Shown here: piece by piece, positions 24,427 to 38,176 of the stretch
How the letters are laid out: each line of letters opens with the position of its first letter
How positions within the stretch are numbered: position 1 is the first letter of the stretch
Assembly (NCBI GenBank): GCA_973895155.1
Contig: OZ316898.1
Location: forward strand, 12,489,659-12,553,658
Reading direction: 5' to 3'
Length of the DNA: 64,000 nucleotides
Source: Marsupella aquatica
Lineage: Eukaryota; Plantae; Marchantiophyta
Made by a program: the position numbers and the translations under genes
Notes under the pieces: generated by a model
Told to the model about the DNA's origin: nothing
Databases searched by the model: none
The model's input: the letters and a program-made list of their open reading frames with translations, nothing else

Positions 24427-25520
24427 TCCTGTAGAGATTGTTCTTTCTTTACTACGGTACTCGCAATCACTGCACAGTTCCTGGAATATTGCAAACACCT
24501 CAATAATGTAACTGGCAGATTCGATATTACCTTAATTGGTTGGGAGCTTCGTACAAATGTCCATGGATACCTATTAACGTACGTCCCAACTTTATGTTGT
24601 CAAAAGTAACGTGGTAGCCTGCTCCATATTTCTGTTCACAAATGCTAGCAGAGGCATGAGATGAGGTCAAGTTCAACGCGCTATCCTCTGCATTTTCATG
24701 TCCAATGGAACTGGAAATGCTGCATTGGAAGGGCGTGGGTTGGAGCCCTCTCGTCAATAGTGTCCAAAGAATACCGGCAGGCCACTTTTTGTTGTTTGTT
24801 ATGTTCGTCTTCTTGTTATCAGTTCGGCCCTGTCATTAACTCCATCCCTCTGTTATTCTTCTACGAAAATACACAGCCTGCCAGCAAGGCATTCGGATTG
24901 TCCGCTGCCCATCTGCTACAAGTCTGCTGGCTGCGAAAACTGAGCAATTATCATTTTTCTTCTCACTGTCAAGTCTTTTCAACCCAACTTTTGGGTGGGT
25001 TCGTGTCGGAAGGATTGCACCTGGAGGGGGCTTTGAGCACAGCATATTGACCTCCCCACTCAAATGGTCTATTGTGATACAGATAGTCTGCTGGACAAAA
25101 ACCGACCCAATCTTGGTATTTATTTTTTTTGTCATGTGCGGCGGTTTGCGGCAGCAGTCAGGGAGGACAGCGTGACCGGGATCCAAAAACATGATTAATA
25201 TGAATGTCTTCACTTCACAATTACCCTAATCTTGCAGTTCGAGTGGCGCAATAATGAGGGGCATGTCCCAACAGTGACGACGACGACCAACCTCATAAAT
25301 TGCATGCAATTCAATCGGGTACAATTTGTGGTTGAAAAGCATGTCGTCCCGGTTCATCCACTTTGGTCATCGTATCTAAAATCTCACATTAGAAGAATCC
25401 ATACAAGAAAATCTAATATGGCTCATTAATAGTGGATCAAATTTGCCAAAAAAGTGTAAGGTTTGTGGTAGATTAAATTGATTGGATCTGCGGTTTAGTG
25501 TATTTGCGGTAGCTAAGATC

Positions 25521-25813
25521 TGTTAGAAACTGCGCTGTACTCGTGACATTAAGGGAGTAATAGACCACTCGCTGTCCTTAGTACTATGAGCTTGACAGGA
25601 GCGCATTATGCGCTCCCCACTTACGGTAGTAAATACAGTAGGTGCGCCCCATGCGCTCCCCACTCTGCTTAGTTAGCGGTGTCTCTTATTACTAGTAGGT
25701 CTAGGTTAGTAGCCCAGTCCGTCGATCTCCCTTGATCTGCGATCTCCTCTCTCTACTTATATGGCCCTCCGCTGCATCTTCAGTATTCAGTCTACTTACG
25801 ATAGATTCCAACA
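25521..25813 (+). repeat. 5' LTR
   Basis: TGTTAGAAAC...GATTCCAACA, followed by the tRNA-iMet PBS. Confidence 0.97.
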
Positions 25814-26009
25814 TGGTATCAGAGCCAGGACTCTGAAAGATTAGCTACATCTTCGTAATCTGAGATTAGAACGATAGTGCAGTCATCAGGTAGAAAGTGT
25901 CCCTGATTAGCGCACTCTTTAGACAGCTCCTCGTGTAGAAACGAGATACGTGTAACTACAGTCTGAGTGAGAATTCCTCAAACTGCACTTACACCATCGG
26001 TAATCCCAG

Positions 26010-29000
26010 ATGGACCTACTTAGATTATTCTCAGAGAGCGACAAGCTCGATGGCTCTGTGAATCACATGACTTGGACCATAGTGGTCAAGAATCTCTTGC
26101 GAAGAGATGAACTATTTGATGAGCTGAACTTTGGCGTGAAGCCAGACGCCAATGGTGACATTGTTGACGGAGGTCAGCACCTGACGGCAGCTGAAAAGCA
26201 GAAGAAGAAGGTTCGGGCAACTTCAATCTTGGCAGCTACAGTCAAGTCCAAGTTCCTGCCCACTGTTGACCGATACAATGCTGACCCTGCCAAATGCTGG
26301 GCACACTTTCAGCAACAATTCGGAGGCAATCTTCTTCAGCGACAGTTACTGTTGGAGCAGAAGCTTCAAAGCGTCACCATGAGCAATGGTGGCTCGGTTG
26401 AAACGTACATCAACACTGTTAACGAGCTTGCTGGTCACTTGTCCAGCATCAATGCCGAGACCGATGAGACTCGCCTAATACACATCGTACTTAAAGGGCT
26501 CCCAAGTTCCTGGGGTCCCTTTGTCTCTATGTTTGCAGCTGATCTGTCTCGCACTCCAAAGCCAACCTACTCCAGTCTGGTTGAACACCTCCAGGCTGAA
26601 GAGTATTGGAAGAAGGGGAAGCAGATCGAGGTGACGGAGGAAGCAATGGCTGTTACACGTCACTTTGGTCGAGGTCGGGGACACTTTCAGCCACGAAACG
26701 ATGGCTACAATCAGCCACGAGGAAACGGCAACTTTGGCAACTTTTGTAATCCACGTCCAAATCCTGCTGGACGTGGCAGGAGGCTCGGGAACTGCAACTA
26801 TTGCAGCAAGGTAGGTCACTGGGAAGCTGATTGTGACCTTAAGAAACTAGATGATCAGATTGCTGACCTACAGTTGAAAGCTGCAGGCATTCGCAGGTTC
26901 CGTCCCCAGGCCAACATTGCTGAGCTCCTCCCTGAGGCAGAGGTCGACGAAGAAGACCAGATTGAGTTTGCCACTGACGAAGGCGAACCTATCGAGATCA
27001 ACTTCACTGAGATCAATGCTCAGCGTAGCTCTAGCGAATGGATTTTAGACTCCGGTGCAAGTACTCATGTGAGCGATGATAATGTTGTGTTCCACAATAT
27101 CACCCCAGGTGCCCGCTCTGATTCTGTAACCACTGCCAGTGGCACTCAGCTTCCCGTAGCTGGCCAGGGCAGTGTCTCCGTTGATGAGAATAAAGTTGTC
27201 TCCAATGTTTTGTACGTCCCGGGTCTGAAACGTAATCTTCTATCCATCGGAAATCTAACAGATGCAGGACACCTTATTCTCTTCAATTCTAAGTCCTGTT
27301 TCATCTTTGACAAAGATAATCCATGGAAGGTCTTCCTCCACGGCACCAGAGATCCTCGGAACAAGCTTTATAAGCTTCGTCAACGACTTCCTATTCTCAC
27401 TCCTCCCTATTCACCATTACGTGTACAGCTTCGATCAACTCCTGCACTGGTTACTGAGGTCTCAACTCCTGATCATGCTGCACCAGTCTCGACCACTGCT
27501 ACATCGACTTCCGATCAAGTCAAACTCTGGCATCGACGCTTAAGTCACGTCAATTACCAGATGGTACACCATATGTCTAAGGGCTCCTTAGTTACTGGTA
27601 TTCCGCTGCTACCACGAGTCAAACGAGTTTGCCATACCTGCACACTTGGCAAACATCATGGAGAGAAGATTCCAAAACATTCCATGACTCGCACTTGTCG
27701 CCCTTTGGAACTTATTCACACTGATCTATGTGGACCAGTCCGAGGTCCTGCCCCTTCCAAGTATATCCTAACCTTCATCGATGATTTTTCCCGTTTCACG
27801 TGGGTTTATTTCTTATCCAGAAAAAAGTGAGACATTTGATATCTTTAAGGAATTTCGACTTATGGTTGAGAATAAATTCTCCCACAAGCTAAGTTGTCTC
27901 CACTCTGACCGTGGTGGAGAATACATGTCTACCGAGTTCCTTGAGTTTTGCAGAGAAAATGGCATTCGACGACAATTGACTGTGGCTAATGCCCCTCATC
28001 AAAACGGGGTGGCTGAACGGAAAAATCGCACACTTCTGGAAGGCGCTCGCAGTATTCTCATCGGTTCACACACCCCTCTCTCACTTTGGACTGAGAGCAT
28101 CCGCACGGCCAACTATATTCAAGATCGTTCAGGCACGAAGGCCCTCCGTCAAACTACTCCGTTCGAAGCTCTTCATGGTACTAAGCCTGACCTTGGGCAC
28201 CTTCGCGTGATCGGCTGCACGGCATACGTGCTTCTTCCAGACTCACTATGCTCCAAATTAAGTGCTAAGTCTATCCCTACTTTATTTCTTGGTTATGATG
28301 AGGAGTCCAAGGCTTATCGATGCTACGACACCGTGCGCCACAGAATTCTCATTTCCAAAGATGTTATTTTTGATGAGAATACGATGTGCATCCCTTCCAC
28401 AGTTCGTTCCTCTGCTGCTGATTTTTTCACCAGACTTCTCTCAACTTCAGATGAGGATCCTCTCGACCAACAACATCGACCTGGGCCTCTCGTCCCAGAG
28501 GGGGAAATTCTTCCTGGACCCGAGCAAGTCCAGCATGGCATCGTGGACCAGGCCAACATCATACCTGCTGATGCTGCTCAACCTGAGCCCGCTACGCCAA
28601 ATATTCAGCCCAACATTCCAGCAGTTCCTCCTCCACCTCGGCCGGCTGCCACTCGACATTCTCTAAGAGCTCATCGACCACCACCTTGGCACGATGACTA
28701 CGATATGAGCACCAACTTAGTTGAATCTGCTAGTCCAGAATGTGAGCAGCTATCTCCAGAGGAGGCTCTCAAACATCCTGGCTGGAAAAAGGCTATGGAA
28801 GAAGAGATTGCATCTCTCCTGAATATGGGGACTTGGGAACTTGTGTACCTCCCCGCTGGCAGAAGAGCTCTTACAGCCAAATGGGTCTTTCGGGCCAAAC
28901 CCGACTCCACCCGGTTCCGTCTCAAAGCAAGGTTAGTTGCTCGTGGATTTGAGCAAAAATTTGGTGTAGACTATAATGAAACCTTTGCTCCTGTAGTTAA

Positions 29001-30354
29001 ATGGTCAACATTGCGCACCATCATTGCCTTAGCTGTTGCCAACGGATGGCCTCTCCATCACATGGATGTTGTCACCGCCTTCCTGAATGGCACCCTTACG
29101 GAAGAAATTTATATGCACCAACCACAGGGTTTTGTCATTCCTGGCAAAGAAGGCATGGTCTGCAAACTACGACGGTCCCTTTACGGATTAAAACAATCCC
29201 CCCGGGCATGGTATGAAGAAATTGACTCTCACTTAAGATCTACCGGATGGACTCGGAGCCTTGCTGACCCAAATCTCTACTTTCGACACCAAGATGGTCA
29301 GCTAGTTATCATCATGCTCTACGTTGATGATCTACTTATCACCGGTAGCTGCTCAGATCAAATTGCTACAGTCAAGGCTCACCTTCATCAAAAGTATCAT
29401 ATGAAGGACTTAGGCCTGGCACAAAAGTATCTTGGAGTCGAATTTCTTCCCACCCCATCTGGAATGATTCTTCACCAGACGGCTTACTGTGAACAACTTG
29501 TTCAGGAATTTGGCATGCAAGACTCCAAACATGAGCATATTCCGCTCCCAGAAGGACACGTTCTTACTTGTGACACTAGCACGCCCTCTGTGGATGTCAC
29601 TGATTATTGTCATGCTGTTGGCAAGTTAATATTTCTCACCCATACTCGACCCGACATCGCATACGCTGTGGGGATTGTCAGCCGCTATATGTCTTGTCCA
29701 CAAGAACGTCACTGGGAATCCGTCAAGCATATTCTTCGTTACCTAAAGGGGACTACCAATTTTGGCATTCAATTTCAGCGCTCTAATACGTCTCTTCTTC
29801 AAGGCTTCACGGATGCTGACTTTCTAGGCTGTCCTGATACTCGTCGCTCCCGAGGTGCCTACCTCATTCAGCTTGCCAATGGACCTATCTCTTGGTCCAG
29901 CAAACTCCAAACCACTGTATCGGATAGCACTACTGAAGCGGAATACAAAGCGTTATCTGAGGGCACCAAGGAGGCTGTTTATGTGCGACGACTCCTGGAA
30001 CTTAATGATACCTCGGCTATTAAGGTCCCTATTGGTATTTCAAATCCAACCATCCAGGGCAATCTTGCTCAGGCCTCTACTCCTACTTCTTTAGACGTTC
30101 ATTTACATTGTGACAATCAGGGCTCTATCAAGCTGGCCAAAAATCCTGTGTTCCATGCACGCACCAAGCACATCGAAGGAAAGCATCATTTCGTGCGCGA
30201 AAGAGTGCTAGAGGGGGAAGTTACTCTGTCTTACATTAACACAGCTGATAATCCCGCAGATTTACTCACGAAACCTCTTTCGAGACACAAATTCGAAAAA
30301 CATCGACAATTTATTGGGGTCACTTCGATTTCAGAAGTAGATGTTCAATCCTAG
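26010..30354 (+). CDS. Copia Gag-Pol (Gag CCHC, protease, integrase, RT, RNase H) with a single +1 frameshift at 27821-27826
   Basis: CNYCSKVGHWEADC; WILDSGAS; LWHRRLSH...CHTC; IHTDLCGP; SDRGGEY; QNGVAERKNR; KARLVARG; LYVDDLL; FTDAD; RTKHIE; NPADLLTK. Integrase precedes RT, the copia order. Confidence 0.96.
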
Positions 30355-30676
30355 TATTGCTGAAATCGATCAGCTCTACCTCCTGTAAAGTCTTATAACG
30401 CCTCACCACTACTCTCCTCCACCAGCTGCATCGACTCACCCGCCACTACTGACAACAAACTACCGGCTCTACCGGCTCTACTGGCTCTTGCATCAATGGA
30501 ATCCACCGTGCCATTATCCGGCAACCGATGTGCAGCACAGTAAAGGCATACCCAAGCATCTCGCAGCTTGCACTGAGACACACTATCAAGATGCCAATGA
30601 ACGACATTTTTTCTCTCTCATCTCGCCGCACTCCGCCTTCTGCACTCTGTTCCTCCCTTACTCACTCGAGAGGGGG

Positions 30677-30969
30677 TGTTAGAAACTGCGCTGTACTCGT
30701 GACATTAAGGGAGTAATAGACCACTCGCTATCCTTAGTACTATGAGCTTGACAGGAGCGCATTATGCGCTCCCCACTTACGGTAGTAAATACAGTAGGTG
30801 CGCCCCATGCGCTCCCCACTCTGCTTAGTTAGCGGTGTCTCTTATTACTAGTAGGTCTAGGTTAGTAGCCCAGTCCGTCGATCTCCCTTGATCTGCGATC
30901 TCCTCTCTCTACTTATATGGCCCTCCGCTGCATCTTCAGTATTCAGTCTACTTACGATAGATTCCAACA
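30677..30969 (+). repeat. 3' LTR
   Basis: Same as the 5' LTR except one G/A difference. Confidence 0.97.
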
Positions 30970-31599
30970 AGATCATGGTATGCTATTCATTGATTGGATG
31001 GCAAGTACTCAATCCATGTAGCGGGTTTGTTTACCAGCCTGTGCTGTGAAGATCGTCGTCATGAAGCTAACAACAACTGAATGTTAATGGATCTAGAGTG
31101 ATGACGGTTTGCACTGTGTGGTTGCATGCGATATGATGCGACTATGTTGGTGACAGTTTTGGATTGACTACTCTGAAATAGTTGTTGTGAATAGGGTCAT
31201 GGTTTGACCTACGCAGCGCAAACTGAGGTGTGCGATTTGGCTCCGCACTCAACAGAAGAGGTTTGCGGTCGGCAAAAATGTTGGAATTCAGTTTCTGATG
31301 CTTTTGTGATTGGATGTTGCATGCAATTTGGCTTCTGTGGGACATCAGGGTCTGTCCGCTTGTTGTGTGAAGACTCCTTCAGAGATCCAAATGTTGTTGA
31401 ATCTGGGTGTCCGCTTGCTGTGTGAAGAATCCTTCAGAGATCCAAATGTTATTGAATCTGGGCTTTGAGGCAAAGCAGGCTGTGGGCCACAAGAGGGGTG
31501 AGGGGACGGGAATTGGCCCAACGTTGGATCTAGAAGAGAGTGAGTGTTACTTAGAAAATCACCAAGCCCTTTTTTTTTTCCTCCTTCAAACATCCAATT

Positions 31600-31760
31600 G
31601 AATTCCATTGAAAGAGACTAGTACAAGAGGGTGACCCACAAAGGGGACAACACCCAAGGGGACCAGAGGTCAAGTGCCAGGAGCCTTGGGGGCTGGAACC
31701 AAGATAGAGGCCAGGCCTCCAAAGAGAGACAGCTGAACAAGGCATTCAACTACTGTAGGG
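31600..31760. repeat. Dispersed repeat fragment, related copy at ~46300-46435
   Basis: Shared CCCACAAA.GGG.CAACACC...GGTCAA.GTGCCAG...GGCCTC.AA...GAGA.AGCT.AACAAG...TTCAACTACT. Confidence 0.6.
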
Positions 31761-32159
31761 GGAGCCATACACACCCCAAGACTGGGCAGTGAAACAGCCC
31801 CGGCGGGGGGCCACCCAGTGGGTCCGAGACAAAAGGAGCCTCGTCAATCTAATCTACAGGTCAAACCTCTACCTTGAACAACTAAAACAATTTACAGAGG
31901 CCTTGGGGGCACTGGAGGAACCTGAAGGATGTCATCGTAGACCTCCCATAGGCCAGCGTAAGCACCGTCGTCAAAAGACATATCTGAAAGATTGCTGTTG
32001 ATTGAGGCCTTCCCTACTCTCATCTTCCCAACTTTTTGTTTTGGCTTTGGAAGCCTAGATTTAGGCTGAAATGTTACACACAATTTGTTGTGGGAGGGTC
32101 ACTCTGGCTGTCCCCTCCCTTTGTAAAGTCCCCCAATGATTGCTCTGGAAGGGTGGCAT

Positions 32160-32430
32160 AGATATTTATATATAACACTGCCAAAAAGACAGGAATGCCA
32201 CACCGGGAGACATGGTCCCAAAGGCAAAAGGACCCAATAAAGGGAGGGGAAAAGGGGAAGACCCCGAGAAGACCAAATAGGCTTGACACACAAGTGACTC
32301 CCCCACCACCACAAACAAATTCACAAAGAAGCAAACTAAGGACTAAAACCCCAAGAGCTCCAGAGCAAACTGCATAGGAGGGTCACAGAAGGGGAATCTG
32401 TCTAAAGACCCTACAACCAACAGTCACATT
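32160..32430 (-). mobile_element. Short 3'-end copy of the RLE non-LTR element at 18950
   Basis: TGCCAAAAAGACAGGA..GCCA.AC.GGGAGACATGGTCCCAAAGGCAAAAG...GACCCC.AGAAGACCAAA is shared with 18966-19050. Confidence 0.8.
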
Positions 32431-35408
32431 AGAAGAGAGTGATGGTTGTTAAGTGAGTTTCCCAAAGAGGGGCCAGTTGCACACACTAAGTTAATGTCTG
32501 AGTCAAGTGTGTCTTGGAGATAATAAATGCAAGACGCTGGATAGATATGGGTACTGGTAACTGAACATCAAAATATAATATATATGGTTTATGACCATGG
32601 TTCCATACGATGATAACTATCCTTATTTTCTTTAAATCAGTGAGTGCACACTTTATATTATCACATTTTGATGTGTAATTACCAGCAAGGGATACATATG
32701 GTGCCTTGGTCCATTCTTTTAGACCACCTTTGTTTAAGTTTTTGGCAAAAAAGATGTACACATAAGCAAAAACAGGGGATCCACAAGGGGCCCACTAGCA
32801 AGCGACTAAGATGGGTAATGGTTACCTGAAACTGTTGTCCAGTTCTTGTAAAGTGAAGTATGGCCTGTTTGCACAAACACTCCATTGGCTAGGATTGCAT
32901 CTGAGACATAGAAAAGAACGAGAACTGTAGGCCAATTCTTGTAAATCCACCCTAATAAATTGAACCAAAGGGTGAAGACTGTCCTACAATGCAAATTAAT
33001 GGACCAATCATAAGTACAATGAAGCTGTTGCCCTGAACCCTGCAGTAATGCATTCATTTATGGAGAAAGCCATTATGGAGGACATCAATGTGATTTATAC
33101 ACCTCCTTAGTACCGGACAGCTGCTCAGAGCCTGTTGGAAGAGGACTACAGTTTAGAGGTTGGCTTTCGTCTTTGAAATCTGATTTCTGACAGTTTAAGA
33201 TTGGCTTCCGTCGTGAATTCTGATTTTTTCTGAGGGTGGAGCCATTTGCACGTATAGTACGTTCATGTCCGAAAATGATTGACAATTTCGCAAAGCAAGG
33301 AATCAGAGCTGCGAGGGGCATGTCACAGAAACGTAATCCTACCAGGGCACCCTAGCAAACTACCATAGGACATAGCAATGCATCAGAGTGCAGTCATCGT
33401 TGCTGGAAAAGTGGAAAAAGGACTGATCATTGGACTTTACAGCTGAATGGCAGGGTACATGCACTTATAGCGACGTCCAGCAGAGCAATGCAGCGACAAC
33501 AACCAGAGTACTTTTCCAGTCGAGGTTTCCACTATTGCATGAGGAATGAAGGCTGAGTACAAAGAGGCGGTGGTACAGTTCCTCGCCATTAAGCCATCCT
33601 TTCATGTGCAGATCAGAGGCAATTCAAGGGCTGGAACCCACAGTTGCCAGTCTGGGATTTTGAGGCAAGTGATCTTCAGTACTGTTGTGTCCTTGAGCAT
33701 ACCAAATGGTTATAACCTCACCTCTCTTTCTCTTGGCTTGCTCAGGAATCACTGTAGTCTCTCCAAAACAACCCCTAAACAAGCTGAGTTCCTGTACAAC
33801 ACATCTGCTCCACTCCCTCTAATTAGAATCTGATTGTGGGATAGCCCCAGTGTTTCACTAAACACTCCCTTTGAATCGGCTCACTACTTCTACCATTTAG
33901 ATCTTGGAGGGAGAGGACGGTGCCCTCCGCATTCACCTCCCTCGACTACACTTCCTGCAATTTCGTCCATACAAATCACCCTTCAATGACCAAAGAACAA
34001 AACATGCATTCGGCACACAGAGAAAGGAGACAGTCTTCATGCATGTCGTCGGTGGGACTTTATGTTCAATCTGGATAGAAAAGAATTTAATTTATCTTCT
34101 GGACAGTTGCTGCAGACTAATGAACGGATCAAATGCGATGATGAGGCCTTGCTGGCAGATTTTCCTTCCTCAAAAGTATTCTACAAAACTTCTCGTCTAG
34201 AACAATCATCCCATGCGTTCTCTTTCTCCTTCCCATTCCTGCCGGAGAGAATTGGAACCTCAGGCTGCTACTGTAGGCTCCACCATCTTTCCTGATCATC
34301 ATGATCATGGGTAACAACGGGTAACTGAAGTTGGAGGATACATCGTCAATCTAAGAATTTCCAGGTTAGCCTAAAGACGCTGACTCATTCTAATCGCTGT
34401 TGGGTCCCCTCCCTTTCGGATCCGCCTCGGCTACATAAAGGAATGGCGTGACAGCCAGGTCCGGTCGGGTCCGATCACCTACCCACCTCTCCTTGTAGGG
34501 GAAAGGGCCCTCCATTGTTGCCGCCTCCTGCAAAGAAATCCAACAGCCAGCTGGATTCCAATGACCGATGAACACATTCCCTTTGTGTGGACAAAGTCAA
34601 TTAGGACCCTTTCAACCTTACAAACTGCAATTTGTGCGTTCTTTACAACGATTCAGGAGTTCTGTCATGAGACCAAATAAGAAGCCGGCATAAATTACAG
34701 AGAATACACTGCTCATTGATTTTATCTTCAATTCCAGAAATTTTAATCACCAAACTATGGCTTGTGCCCGCAAATTTTCTCAAAGCACTTTGCTCCTACG
34801 CATTATCCACTCAAGCATTTGTGTATGAACACGAACACATTGCACGAGGCTAAAGATGATTTATTTCCCGAAGCGCCAAATCTCACACAGGCTACATTAT
34901 ACTCTGAAATTCACTGAGGCTGGAGTCGAAATAACTGCTTCACTGTTTTTCTCCAAACGGGGAGCTCTGTGTAACTTCATGAAATCGCTGAAGTACATGG
35001 TCAAAAACAGTACTATAATCATCTATGCAGAAAACTCTCACAAGAGTTCAGGAGCATATACAATTCTTGCTTGATACACTTTTTACTGCCTGCCTTGGTC
35101 AGGCAGTGCAAGAAAAGAGTCCCTCATACTTTGTTCTCTGGTCTGGTCAGAAGAGATCCTTTGGTATTTTACATACTTTTATCACGAGTGAAGCCTCTAA
35201 ATAAATCTGTTCTGACATTAATAAAGGGGAAAATTGACCCCATATATACCTAAAGGAAGTTTCATTGTTCCAACATCAGGTACAAATTCCCAGATGATGG
35301 ATCTGCTGTCGCAACGGGTGAAGAGCGTAACTTTCCACGACCTCCAGAGACATCCTCATTCAGACAACATCCCGTGCTGGAAGTCGGGGACATCTGCGCT
35401 ACAGGTTT

Positions 35409-38176
35409 CTACATGACAATTTCAGGCTTGAGAATGCTCGTCTTGATTTCCTTGTGAGGAAGGACCACGCCGCCGTTGCTGTATATTTCATCTTGCACAT
35501 GAACGTCCTCTCCCAGTACTGTCATGTTCTCCACCCTGGCCCACTGTCCCACTGTAGAGTGCCACCCGATGATGCTACCTGAGACACAAGCATGCTTTTT
35601 GATTCTAACTCCACGCATTATTGTGCACCGAGATAGCCGCACTCCACTCTCTATCACACATCCCTGACCGATGGACACGTCGGGACCAATAAGACAACCG
35701 TCTCCAATCTTGGCAGTATCACAAATTACCACATTGCCGACAACGTGTGGACCAGTTGCCAGAAGAACTGGAGACCGCCTCCGCAACGAGTCCAAGTAAA
35801 GGCGTAATCCTGAATTGTAATATATCAGTGCAAACCACGCATTAGAAAACTAGACTAGGATGGTCATTACACAGGATTATGAATTCTCTAAACTCAGAGT
35901 AGCTGTACTCATGTCCATCATTGTGCCATCTGAATGGTCATAGCCCTGATTGAAAGTGAAATTCACGATCCCCTCCCTGCTATTCCAGCTCCAATCATCA
36001 CAAGCTAGAGTCTGACAAGACTTAGCATTTCTTTGGCCAAGACGACCAGTTCACCGACAGTAACTTTGCGGGCAACGGCACAAGTATCTATACCTGTGAT
36101 GTAATCTCGGGGTTGACCAATGTCCATCCAGAAGCCTGGTAGCACCATAGCAAAAAGCTTATTCTCGGCGGCAATCTTGGGGAAAACTTCCTTCTCAATG
36201 GATGTAGGCCGGAGTTCTATCCGATTCAGGGTGCTCGGATTGAGAAGGTAGATACCAGCATTGATTTTGTTTCCAACAAACACCTGGGGTTTCTCGACAA
36301 ATCTCTGGACACTCCCTGTTGCTTCATCCATCACTACCACTCCGTACTTTGAAGGCTCATCGACCTGCGGGAGAATTGAGAAGAGGTCATGTTAGTACTG
36401 AGTAGTACCCAATGAAATTGACAACAAGACCTTCATTAAGACAATACTCCCAAAATGCTGATTTGACTAACGGACTGAGGCCATTCTCACCTTAGTGACC
36501 ATGATAGAAGCTTCCCCGCCATGGGTTTTGTGAAAAGCAATCATCTCTTTCAAAGGGTACTCGCTGATGACGTCACTATTGAGGACGAAGAAAGGGTCGC
36601 CAGATCCATCATCAAGCTTATCCCGTGCCAGAGCAAGGGGGCCAGCAGTTCCCATAGGTTCTGTTTCTTGCGAGCAAACAATCTTGATGGCAAGTCTAGT
36701 CTCGAATTCCTTCAGGAAACTGAGCATTACCTGCAGGAACAAATAGGAGCCATCAGAACAGAACATTTCCGGCAGATGTGAATCAAAGAACGTGCAATTT
36801 CGAGCACATCAAAAATCGCAAAGCTACTAAGTGCAAACTTATGTAGAGGATTGAGCAGTGACGTCCCTAGTCTGTAGGATGACGAAGGTGGCCCCCCATG
36901 ACTTCTCCAATTATATTTGCATCATTCGTGGTTAACTCCAAGTTCCTCTTGGCTCCTACATTTGCTATTGTCTACTACTTTGACTACGGTTTCACCGGAT
37001 GATCAAATCCTGCTACGAAGGACACGGTGTCCACCTCATGATAACCTCATGATATAGTAGTTGTTACAGATCATGCAGCTGCCGATGGAAAGCTCGGCAC
37101 CAGGTACATGACTGCGCGTACGATCCCACTCTATTATGCCTATACTGTAGGTTACACAAACTGCTGTCACAGATCTCGCGCCACACGTTACGATGCTTCC
37201 CCGCTAGAAGGAGGAGAATGAAGGAGGCTGCAGCAAGTGTCAACAACATGGTCTTCCTCCGAAAAAGGGTCGGGTGGGGTTGAATTCGGAGATTTCCATT
37301 GTAAATGCTCCAGATTGGTGCACATCCTCAAGATCTTCTTATCCAATTGGTCTATCCGCCCCCGGTCCCCCCTACCAGACTTCATCTGCATCCCTCTCCA
37401 ACAACGTTCCCTTCTCCACCAGCGTTACCTCAATGTGCTAACTCTATCTCGTGCCTCTCCAAAAATCCCATCAGAATTTCGAGAAGACTTTCCAAATGCA
37501 TTCACTCCTTGATCCCATCTGAAACTCGCAAAAGTTTGACGGAAATAACGTACCTCGGGTTGATAGTTGATTGCCAGCACGACCTCGGTTACACCAGCTG
37601 CCTTCAATGCCTCAATCTGCATCGGGAGAAACCACGACGTACGGATGAGTACCATGAGTACGGATGAGAGATTCCATACTATACCGAGGAACTGATCTGG
37701 AACAAAACCGCGAAAAGGATCCACATTTTGCGACTGGGTGCATTTTGGCTCAGGGTCTCTCAGCTTCCCTTCATTTCGTGATGTATCTCGGCCACAAACA
37801 TTTTCGGCAATGTCATGATCATAAGACTAGTCCATTAACCACAATACGCCCTAATCTGGTCGATCCGCAATAATGGGAAGAAAAGAAGCTCACGGCTTGG
37901 TGCAGGGGAATTTCTGCTCGGTTAGACGCATCATCCACTATGAGTTATTATCATGGTAGAATATGTACATTACTGGCAATCTCTACAGAGAATGATCGTG
38001 GACCAAATCATCGCGTTCACATTCATCCATCAACCCCCAAAGTCATCGAGAGGGGAGGCACTGACCTGATGCAGAATCATAGGTTTGTTGGCGAAATCCA
38101 CCAGGGGCTTCGGCACACTCAACGTGAGTGGCCTCAGCCTAGTGCCAAATCCTCCCACCAATATGAGAGCCTTCAT
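35409..38176 (-). CDS. CYT1: Mannose-1-phosphate guanylyltransferase (GDP-mannose pyrophosphorylase), 361 aa; exons 38176-38066, 37616-37554, 36730-36491, 36364-36094, 35809-35409
   Basis: [37 protein letters not shown]...GTAGPLALA...VLNSDV...[10 protein letters not shown]...[18 protein letters not shown]. Exons sum to 1086 nt with GT-AG introns, matching the length of VTC1/CYT1. Confidence 0.97.

Larger units (their letters stand above)
25521..30969 (+). mobile_element. Full-length Ty1/copia LTR retrotransposon
   Basis: 293-bp TG...CA LTRs (25521-25813, 30677-30969) with one mismatch seen. AGATC target-site duplication at 25516-25520 and 30970-30974. PBS TGGTATCAGAGC at 25814 and PPT GAGAGGGGG at 30668. 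Confidence 0.98.

Noticed and set aside
27821-27830. Programmed frameshift in copia pol
   Set aside because: It falls inside the integrase core rather than at the gag/pol boundary; plant copia elements normally use one ORF.
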